32,397 bases of DNA from an uncultured Ruminococcus sp. (GTDB lineage Bacteria > Bacillota > Clostridia > Oscillospirales > Ruminococcaceae): contig CAMWUB010000001.1 in NCBI GenBank assembly GCA_947177345.1, positions 1 to 32,397 on the forward strand, written 5' to 3'. The notes below the pieces were generated by a model. The model searched no databases. It worked only from the letters and a program-made list of their open reading frames with translations, and was not told where the DNA came from. The first letter of the stretch is position 1, and every line of letters starts with the position of its first letter. Shown here one piece after another: positions 9,288-18,400 of the stretch. A program made the position numbers and the translations under genes.

Positions 9288-10031
9288 ATGAGAAAAACAG
9301 CAGTTATAACAGGTGCATCAGCCGGCATAGGAAGTGCCGCTGCATTGGCATTCGCAAAGAACGGATATGATGTTGTACTGAACTACAGAAAAGACGAAAA
9401 GTATAATATGACTTTGAATATCGCTGAAAAGTGCAGGCAATACGAAGTTAATGCCATATGCATAAAAGCTGATGTATCAGATTTTGAACAGTGCCAAAAA
9501 CTTACAGGCGAAGTAATGGACAAATTCGGGAGAATAGATGTTCTCATCAATAATGCCGGAATGTCAAGAGTTGCTTTTCTTGCCGGTCACGCCCCTGAAC
9601 TTTATAAAGAGGTTATTTATAATAATCAGTTCAGCGTTTTCAATATGATGAGTCTTGTTTCTGTCATTATGAAAAAGCAGAAAAGCGGTCGTATAGTTAA
9701 TATTTCGTCTTTGGCGGGAACACACGGCAGTCAGGGACTTACCGCTTATGCGGCGGCAAAGGCAGGAGTAGAGGCAATGACAAGATGTGCAGCAAGAGAA
9801 CTTGCAAGGAGTGGTATTCGTGTGAATGCCGTCTGCCCTGGTGCTGTCAATACTGAAGCATATGCCGGAAATCTTTCAGAATTACACCTGAAAGAAATCA
9901 AAAGGTCAATTGCGGTTGGTCATCTGGCTGAACCTGAAGAAATAGCTGAATTTATAGTTACTATATGTTCAGATAAATTTGACTCGATAACAGGTGAAGT
10001 TTTGAATATAACCGGCGGAATGGTTTTATAA
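9288..10031 (+). CDS. FabG-like SDR ketoreductase 1
   Basis: RBS GGAGG before ATG 9288; TGASAGIG, INNAG, NISS, YAAAK, VNAVCPG. Confidence 0.9.
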   Translation: MRKTAVITGASAGIGSAAALAFAKNGYDVVLNYRKDEKYNMTLNIAEKCRQYEVNAICIKADVSDFEQCQKLTGEVMDKFGRIDVLINNAGMSRVAFLAGHAPELYKEVIYNNQFSVFNMMSLVSVIMKKQKSGRIVNISSLAGTHGSQGLTAYAAAKAGVEAMTRCAARELARSGIRVNAVCPGAVNTEAYAGNLSELHLKEIKRSIAVGHLAEPEEIAEFIVTICSDKFDSITGEVLNITGGMVL

Positions 10032-10045
10032 TAAAGGAGATATTT

Positions 10046-12067
10046 ATGAAAAATAATGTGGCAATTATAGGAGCAAGCTGTAAATTTTTCGGAATTAACA
10101 GTATTGAACATTTGCATGAGGCTCTTGACAAAGGAATAAACGGTGATATTGAATCATCTGCTAAAGAACGCGGTCGTATTCTCGGAATAGGCGGATATGA
10201 AAAATTCGCCTCAAATGCACTGTATATCAATGATATTGATAAATTTGACTATAAGTTTTTCGGCATATCCAAAAAAGAGGCATCAAGCATGAGTCCTGAA
10301 ATGAAACTTGCGTTTCAGGGGGTTGTATCGGCTCTTAACAATGCCGGAATACCACTTGATTATGTAAAGAAAAGCGAAACAGGTCTTGTAATTGCACAAA
10401 GCGAATGCGATTACCGAAGTATGATTGAAAAGAAAGACGCAATGTCGTTTACCGGAAATCTCAGGGGAATGACCGCCGGCAGTATTGCCTATCACCTTGA
10501 CTTAAGAGGGCCGTCAATGCTCGTGGATTCAACCTGTTCTTCTTCTCTGCTTGCGGTATGGGAGGCTGTACAGTTTATTATGACGGGTCAGGCTGATATT
10601 ATGATAGCCGGAGGCACTGAAATAATATTCCAGAAGGAAGATACAGTTCAGGAATTTAAAAATATTTCCGTAAATTCCGCTGATATGAGATGTATACCAT
10701 TTGACGAAAACGCAGACGGAATTGTTGCCTCAGAGGGCTGTGGTTTTGTGGTTCTGAAATCATATGAAAAGGCTGTGGAAGATGGAGATTACATTTATGG
10801 CATTATAACTGGCGGTGCAGTAAACAGCAACGGCTCACGGAGCAATACTATGACAACACCTAACAGAGAAGCTCAAGTAAATGCTATGGAAAGAGCATTG
10901 AAACTTGCCGGAGTCGGAAAGGACGATATAACAGAAATTGAGGCTCACGGAACAGGTACGAAAATAGGAGACCCGATTGAAGCAGGAGCATTTGCGGATA
11001 TTCTCAGAGACAGAAAAAATCCTGAACTCGTTTATATAAGTTCTGTAAAGTCATTCATCGGTCATACGGGAAATGCCTCAGGAATTGCCGGTCTTATTTC
11101 GGTTATTTCAGGTTTTGAAAATAATTCGCATTATATGATTAACGGTTTTACAAAACTTAATCCATCTGTTGAAAATGCTGAAAATATGAAATTCATAAGC
11201 AGAACTGAATCCGCCGGAAAAAATCATAAACGTATAGCCGGAGTAAATTCTCTTGGCTTCAGTGGACTTAATGTGCATCTTGTCGTTGAAAATCATATCA
11301 GTGAAACTGAAAAAAATGACAGGCTGGCAGATAACAATCAGCTTGTTGTAATCAGTGCAAAGACAAGAGAGGCTTATTCTGCTGTTGTTTCTGATATTAT
11401 TGATGCCCTGAAAAATTATGACGGAGATATAAATAAATTCGTTTATTCGCTTAACAGTGGACGTGATATTTATTCATTCCGGAGGGCGTTTGTTTGCAGC
11501 GGAAAGGACGAACTTATATCTCTGCTCAGTCAGCACGATGAACCGTCAGAAGTTTCAGGTTTGCAGACAATTTCTGTTACAGGGCTTGACGTTCATGCTG
11601 TTGCAGATTTAATTAATTCATCAGGCAATATTGACTGGAATGAATATTATAAAAATACTTCATTCAGAAAAGTTCCCGTTCCGGCATATCACTTTGACAG
11701 GCTGACTGCATGGGCATTTGATATAGGGGCGCTGCCGGCTGATTTCTATTTAGGCGTTAACAGCAATTCTGTAACTGAACCGGAAAAAGAAGAAGTTTCT
11801 GAAAACCAGAATAAAAAATCCGGCTATACAGTTGACGAGATGAAAGAAATAATCCGTGAAATATGGAAAGAAATTCTCGAATCTGATGAGGATATCGATG
11901 ACGACACGTCATTTTTTGAACTCGGCGGAAATTCTCTGCTTGGAAGCGTAATGATAGAGGAACTTGTTGACAGAACAGGTTGTTCATTTGAAATTGTTGA
12001 AATCTATGAAAAAAACACAATCGGTCTTCTTGCAGATTATATTATAAACGGCGGTGGTAATAAATAA
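10046..12067 (+). CDS. AT-less type I PKS module (KS - linker remnants - ACP)
   Basis: KS triad DSTCSSSL, EAHGTGT, GHTGNASG; linker LVVISAKT..YSLNSGRDIYSFRRAF; post-AT linker IDW..VPVPAYHF; ACP FFELGGNSL; no GHSxG AT core. Confidence 0.93.
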   Translation: MKNNVAIIGASCKFFGINSIEHLHEALDKGINGDIESSAKERGRILGIGGYEKFASNALYINDIDKFDYKFFGISKKEASSMSPEMKLAFQGVVSALNNAGIPLDYVKKSETGLVIAQSECDYRSMIEKKDAMSFTGNLRGMTAGSIAYHLDLRGPSMLVDSTCSSSLLAVWEAVQFIMTGQADIMIAGGTEIIFQKEDTVQEFKNISVNSADMRCIPFDENADGIVASEGCGFVVLKSYEKAVEDGDYIYGIITGGAVNSNGSRSNTMTTPNREAQVNAMERALKLAGVGKDDITEIEAHGTGTKIGDPIEAGAFADILRDRKNPELVYISSVKSFIGHTGNASGIAGLISVISGFENNSHYMINGFTKLNPSVENAENMKFISRTESAGKNHKRIAGVNSLGFSGLNVHLVVENHISETEKNDRLADNNQLVVISAKTREAYSAVVSDIIDALKNYDGDINKFVYSLNSGRDIYSFRRAFVCSGKDELISLLSQHDEPSEVSGLQTISVTGLDVHAVADLINSSGNIDWNEYYKNTSFRKVPVPAYHFDRLTAWAFDIGALPADFYLGVNSNSVTEPEKEEVSENQNKKSGYTVDEMKEIIREIWKEILESDEDIDDDTSFFELGGNSLLGSVMIEELVDRTGCSFEIVEIYEKNTIGLLADYIINGGGNK

Positions 12068-13392
12068 TGGCAGAGTTTGTGTTTGAAAAGGATATTAACG
12101 GCGATGAATACTGTGACTTGACGCAGATGCAGAAATTCATGCTTTCCGACGATGAAATCAACAAGGGTTATGTTGAAAGATGTGCCGGCACTTCAAATGT
12201 TCCTGTGCCGATAAGATTTTACGGAAAATTTGACCTTAAAAGATTTGAAGAAAGTTTCTGTAAGACCATTGAATATTATGACGCACTTAGGATAGTTTAT
12301 TCTGAAATTGATGGAGACTACAAGCAGAGATTTATTAAAAATCTTGATTTTCATATTGAAGTAACTGATACTGCGGGCGAAACTCATGAGGAACGTGAAA
12401 AAAAAGCACTGGAAAGCATGATGAAATTTGTTAACAGTCCGATAAATGAAGGCACAAATCTTGGCAAGCTTATCTGGAAGTATGCTCTTTATAAAATTGA
12501 AGAAGATGATTATATTTTTATATTCGTTATGCATCATTCCATGTCCGATGGTACTTCGCAACAGCTTATGGGACGTACTCTTTTGAATTTCTATGCCGGA
12601 AAGGATAACGGCACATCTTACCGGTATCGTGATTTCATAAGCTATGATAAGGAGTTTATGTCGTCTGAAAGAGGAAGAAAGCAGATTGAATACTGGCACA
12701 GGGAACTTGACGATTACAGGAAGATAGACCTTGACTTTGTAGCACCCGAAAATGAACAGATAAAGCACGTTTCGTTTGATACTAATATAGCAATTCTTGA
12801 CAGAATATGCGAAAAAAACAACGTGAGCAGACTGGCGGTTTACATTACGGCATATCATATTGCATTGAGCAAAATATTACATAACAACGATGTTATAATA
12901 GGTTTTTCCTGTGCAAACCGCACAAAAATAAGATTTCTGAAAACACTGGGATATTTTTCAAGACCAGTCCAGAACAGAGTTATTCTCAGGGACGATATGA
13001 AAATATCAGAGCTTCTTGAAAAAGTAACAGACAAAATCAATGAAAACGTCGCTATGCAACAGACCGCTCATATATATGGTCAGGGACAGTTTAATATAAG
13101 TTATGGGGCTTTTAAAGTAATGACGGGAAGAACTCTACTTGGAGATACCGGCGTGGAATGTGAAATTCTTCAGGCAAATCCGGAAAGGGCGTTCAGATTT
13201 TTCTATATCGGAGTTTATGAATTTCCCGACCATCTTTTTTCTGATTTGCATGGAAATCCTGAAATATACAGCATTCGTTTTCAGGAGCAGTTAGCCCGTT
13301 ATATACAGAAAACCCTTGAAATCATTAGCAATGAGGATGAAATCACGGTAGGAAATATTGATTATACAGGAGGCATAAATGAAAAGCTATAA
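12067..13392 (+). CDS. Stand-alone NRPS condensation domain protein 1
   Basis: LTQMQ C1 motif, YDALRI, intact HHSMSDG active site, YW..EL, IIGFSCANRT..TLGYF. Confidence 0.9.
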   Translation: MAEFVFEKDINGDEYCDLTQMQKFMLSDDEINKGYVERCAGTSNVPVPIRFYGKFDLKRFEESFCKTIEYYDALRIVYSEIDGDYKQRFIKNLDFHIEVTDTAGETHEEREKKALESMMKFVNSPINEGTNLGKLIWKYALYKIEEDDYIFIFVMHHSMSDGTSQQLMGRTLLNFYAGKDNGTSYRYRDFISYDKEFMSSERGRKQIEYWHRELDDYRKIDLDFVAPENEQIKHVSFDTNIAILDRICEKNNVSRLAVYITAYHIALSKILHNNDVIIGFSCANRTKIRFLKTLGYFSRPVQNRVILRDDMKISELLEKVTDKINENVAMQQTAHIYGQGQFNISYGAFKVMTGRTLLGDTGVECEILQANPERAFRFFYIGVYEFPDHLFSDLHGNPEIYSIRFQEQLARYIQKTLEIISNEDEITVGNIDYTGGINEKL

Positions 13393-14683
13393 TTTTATTA
13401 AAAACGAAAACGGAAGTGAATTTTTTGAACTTACTGCCCAGCAGAAGTTTATGCTTGACGATGACGAAACTAACAAGGGCTTTGTTGACCGTTGTGCCGG
13501 AACTTTCAATGTTCCTGTGCCGATAAGGCTTTATGGAAATCTTGACATCGCAAGATTTGAAGAAAGTATCCGGAAGACGATAGAATACTATGATTCTCTC
13601 AGAATTATGTATTTCAATGTAAACGGCGGATTCAAGCAGAAATTTATTGAAAAGCTTGATTTTAAACTGAAAGTCACCGAGGCAGAGGGCGACACAAAAG
13701 AAGAACGTGAAAAGTTTGCAATGGATAATATTGTCAAATTCGTGAATGCACCAATTAATACCGATACTAACATGGAAAAAATCATGTGGAACTATGTTCT
13801 GTATAAAATAGACGAAAAAGACCATATTTTTGTCTTCATGATGCATCACTCAATGTCTGACGGTACTTCACAACAGCTTATGGGACGTACTCTTTTGAAT
13901 TTCTATTCCAGTGCAGACAATGGTGAGCCAAAACTTTACAGGGAATATGTAAAATACGACAGGGAATTTAAAGAGTCTGAAAGAGGAAGAAAACAGATAG
14001 AATACTGGCACAATGAACTGAAAGACTATCAGGAAATAGACCTTGCTCTTATCGCTCCGAAAGAAAAGGAAACGGAAAAGCACGTAATTTTTAAAACGGA
14101 TATGAAACTTATGGACAGTATATGTGCAAAAACAGGCATAAGCCGTTTGGTTGCATATATGGCTGCTTATCATATTGCATTGAGCAGAATTCTAAATAAT
14201 CTCGATGTGGTCATAGGATTATCATGCGCTAACAGAACTAAAATACGTTTTCTGAAAACTCTTGGTTATTTTTCAAGGGCAGCACAGAACAGAGTAATTC
14301 TCCGTGAAGATATGAAGCTCACTGAACTGCTGGATGTTTTAAAGGAAAAAATAAGCAAAAACGTTGAAGCGCAGCAGACAGCCGACCTCAACGAACAGGG
14401 ACAGTTTATGATAAGCTATGGTGCATATAAGGTTGTAACCGGCAGACAGAAACTCAATGATGACATTGAATGTGAAATACTTCAGGTAAATCCGGAAAGG
14501 GCTTTCAGATTTTTTATAATCTGTGCATATGAATATCCCGATTATGTTTTATCCGACCTTCACGGAAACCCGAATGTATTCAGTATTGAATTTCAGGAGA
14601 AGTTAGCGGATTATATCCAAAGAACTCTTGAAGCTATGAATGAAAATACAGATAATACCGTAGGCGGTATTATGCAGAAATAA
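13379..14683 (+). CDS. Stand-alone NRPS condensation domain protein 2 (tandem paralog)
   Basis: RBS GGAGG; HHSMSDG; colinear with and highly similar to 12067-13392. Confidence 0.9.
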   Translation: MKSYNFIKNENGSEFFELTAQQKFMLDDDETNKGFVDRCAGTFNVPVPIRLYGNLDIARFEESIRKTIEYYDSLRIMYFNVNGGFKQKFIEKLDFKLKVTEAEGDTKEEREKFAMDNIVKFVNAPINTDTNMEKIMWNYVLYKIDEKDHIFVFMMHHSMSDGTSQQLMGRTLLNFYSSADNGEPKLYREYVKYDREFKESERGRKQIEYWHNELKDYQEIDLALIAPKEKETEKHVIFKTDMKLMDSICAKTGISRLVAYMAAYHIALSRILNNLDVVIGLSCANRTKIRFLKTLGYFSRAAQNRVILREDMKLTELLDVLKEKISKNVEAQQTADLNEQGQFMISYGAYKVVTGRQKLNDDIECEILQVNPERAFRFFIICAYEYPDYVLSDLHGNPNVFSIEFQEKLADYIQRTLEAMNENTDNTVGGIMQK

Positions 14684-14707
14684 ATAAAATGAAAGGTTTG
14701 TATACTG

Positions 14708-15472
14708 ATGAATAAGACAGATAGTAAATGGATTGCTCATGGCAGAATAAGTGAAAATGCAGAGTATAATCTTATCTGTTTTCCCTTTGCGGGTGGCAGT
14801 GCGTCGGCTTATGCTCCGTGGGTAAGAGTTTTAGGAGAAAATATTTCGCTTTTTCCTGTTCTTTATCCGATGAGGGAAAAAAGAATGAGAGAGCCTATGC
14901 CGGCTTCCCTTTCGGTTCTTGCGGAAAATTTCACTGCTGAAACACCGGCGGCATTTGAAAAGCCCTATATACTGCTTGGTCACTGCACCGGTGCTATGAC
15001 AGCATACGAAACTTTTAAAAATGCAGTAAGGCTTTACGGAAGAAAACCGTCACTTTTTGTTGCAGTAAGTGCGCCGTCACCAAGAATGAAAATTACTGAC
15101 CGCAGTCTAAGAACGTTTTCAGATGAAGATATGCTGAAATATATGGCTGAAAAAAATCTTGTTGACGAAAAAACACTTGCATTAAAAGATTTTGTGAAAT
15201 ATTATATACCGATATTCAAAACAGATTTCATTCTGCATGATGAATATGACTGCTGCAACGCTGAAAAGCTTGACTGTGATGTCATTGTCCTTACGGGTAC
15301 TGATGATAAACTTGTAGACAATGAAAAAATTATGGACTGGAAGAATTTTACAACCGGAAGTTTTGAGCATATTTCATATTCAGGTGACCATTTTTTTATT
15401 AACTCTCATCTGAATGAAGTAATTGAACTTATAAAATCAAAAATATTCACAGGAGCGGTGAATAATGGATAA
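14708..15472 (+). CDS. Type II thioesterase-family alpha/beta hydrolase with Cys nucleophile
   Basis: LICFPFAGGSAS, GHCTG in place of GHSxG, GDHFF. Confidence 0.9.
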   Translation: MNKTDSKWIAHGRISENAEYNLICFPFAGGSASAYAPWVRVLGENISLFPVLYPMREKRMREPMPASLSVLAENFTAETPAAFEKPYILLGHCTGAMTAYETFKNAVRLYGRKPSLFVAVSAPSPRMKITDRSLRTFSDEDMLKYMAEKNLVDEKTLALKDFVKYYIPIFKTDFILHDEYDCCNAEKLDCDVIVLTGTDDKLVDNEKIMDWKNFTTGSFEHISYSGDHFFINSHLNEVIELIKSKIFTGAVNNG

Positions 15473-18400
15473 AAAAGAAAAGTATGAGCTTACTGAAGTG
15501 CAGTTAGCTTATGTTATCGGAAGAAGCGATAATATGTATCTCGGTGGAAATTCAACTCATTTTTACTTTGAGGTAAATATGACAGCCGATATAAGCAGAT
15601 TTGAGACTGCACTTAATAAGGTTATAGAAAAACAAAGTATGTTGAGGAATGTTGTTTATGATGACGGAACACAAAATGAATATCAGGGAAATACCTATTT
15701 TACTGTAGAAACTGTTGATGTATGCGGAAATGAGGCTTTTTCAGAATGCCCACAGCTTTTAAGCCACAGAGAAAAAGCCTCACAGAGAGTATTTCCTCTG
15801 AATACATGGCCAATGTTTGAAATAAAGGCATTTTCCTATGGTAATGACAAATATGTTCTTGCCTTGGATTTTGACATGATTATTATGGACCGTTTCAGCA
15901 TAGATATTTTTCTTACAGAACTTTATAATTTTTATTCAAATCCAGATAATGAAAACGTTGGACTTAATCATACATTCAGGGATTATATTTCAGATAAAAA
16001 AGAATATAAAAAACTGAATTATGACAGTGACAAGGTATTCTGGAATGATATTATTACATCACTTCCGCCTGCTCCGCAGATTCCGCATAAAGAAGATATT
16101 CCGTCGGGAAGTCGTTTTTCCAGTAAGGAATTTATCATATCTGCTGAAAAATGGAACAGTATTAAAGAAATTCTTCACAGCAGAAGAATAACTCCATCGG
16201 TATTTGTTCTTGTCTGCTATGCAAAGATGCTTTCAATGTGGAGCAATCAGTCATCACTTACTATAAATATGACCGCCGGAAAAAGAAAAGTCGGCAGAAA
16301 AATATATAATGATGTCATAGGCGATTTCACAGAACTTCTGCTGATAGATTTTGATTTTATGAATGATTCAGACAGTAAAGCATATTCTATGCTTGAAATG
16401 TGTGAAACTACACAGTCCAAACTCAGAAAATATATGAAACATGATTCTTTTACAGCAATTGAGGCTATGAAAGAATATTCAAAACTTAATAACGGCACAG
16501 CGGATTTCTATTTTGCGTTCACCAGCCGTATAACTGATAATACATCGGAGGTATACAGTGAGCTTTTCACCGAAAGAGGCTATCAGATTAGTCAAACTCC
16601 GCAGTTGCTCATAGACTGTCAGGTATCGGAGCAGGACGGCGAACTTTATCTCCGCTGGGATTATATTGAGATGGCATTTGATGAGAATTTTCTTGATGAT
16701 ATGTATAGGACTTTTGCTGAATACGTTTTGCAGGGAATTGAGGCAGAAAGCCATGTATTATATGAACTGGAAAAGGCTATAGAAAAATATAATTCAACCA
16801 GACAGGATATTCCGTCATGTACTCTTCAGGAGCTTTTCAGGCATCAGGCTGAAAGAACTCCCGACAAAACCGCTGTATATGCAGATGGGGAAAGTCTCAG
16901 ATATAAAGAACTTGACGAAAAAGCCACTGTTGTTGCATCATATATTGTGGAAAATTTTGGCATCGGAAAAAGAATATGTGTTCTTGCTGAAAGAAATGTT
17001 ATGACTATAGTTAATATAGTCGGAATCCTTAAAGCAGGCTGTACATATATTCCGATTGACTCTTCCTATCCGGAGGAGCGAAAAAACAGCATTATCAAAC
17101 AAAGTTCTGCTGTCGCACTGCTTGGTACAGATTTCTATGAAAGCATTAAAGATAATGTAACAATACTTTCGGAGGCTGTCAGGGGCATAGGAAACAGCAA
17201 TGATGAGGCTTATATAATTTACACGTCCGGCAGTACCGGAGAGCCTAAGGGCGTTGTTATAACTCATGACGCTGTATGCAATACTGTACAGGATATAAAT
17301 AAAAGATTTTCTATAACTGAAAAAGATTGTATTATAGGTATATCTTCATTCTGCTTTGACCTTTCAGTCTATGATATTTTCGGTGCGTTAAGTACAGGTG
17401 CGGAACTGGTTATAGCAAAAGATATCTTTGATACTGAAAATATCAAAAATCTTATGAAAGAATTTAATGTGACGTTCTGGAATACTGTTCCGTCTATTAT
17501 GGAAATGCTTATAAACAGTATAGAGTCCGGCGAAAAATTCCTGCCTCTGCGGAACGTTTTTCTTAGCGGTGACTGGATACCGCTTAGACTTCCGGACGAA
17601 ATAAAGAAACATTTCCCGAATGCCTCCGTAACAAGTCTCGGAGGTGCTACAGAGGGTTCTATATGGTCAATTTATTATCCGGTTGAAAAGAATAACTCCT
17701 CATGGAAAAGTATTCCATATGGCTATCCTCTGACAAATCAGCAGATGTATGTGCTTAATTATGACGGCAAGCCTACGCCTTTCGGAGCAGTAGGGGAGAT
17801 TTGCATAGGCGGACGCGGGGTAGCCAAATGCTATCAGGGAATGGAAAAACTGACGGCTGAAAAATATACACTTCATGAAAAATATGGTCGGATATATCAT
17901 ACGGGAGATTTCGGTGTTTTTCACCGGAACGGGTGTATTGAGTTTATGGGACGCAAGGACTCTCAGTTTAAGATTAGAGGTTTCCGTATTGAATTAGGAG
18001 AAATTGAATCTGCCCTTATGAAATGCGAAAATGTAAGAGAAGCTGTTGCAGATGTATTTGTAAACAGTGCGGGAACGCAGTATCTTTTAGGTTATGTTGT
18101 ATTGAATGATGAAAGTGCAGAGTTTGACGAAGACAGTATGAAGAAAACTATCGGAAATTATCTGCCTAAATATATGATGCCTTCACATATTTATGAACTG
18201 AAAAATATCCCTCTGACCTCAAACGGAAAAGTGAACCGTAAGGCACTTCCGAAAAAGATTGAGAATATAACTGCTGAATATATTGCTCCTTCTACTGAAA
18301 CAGAAAAATTAATTGTATCTTTAGTTGAAAATATATCCGGATGTGAAAATGCTGGCATAAATGAAAGCTTGTTTGATTTGGGAATTGATTCGGTAAAAGC

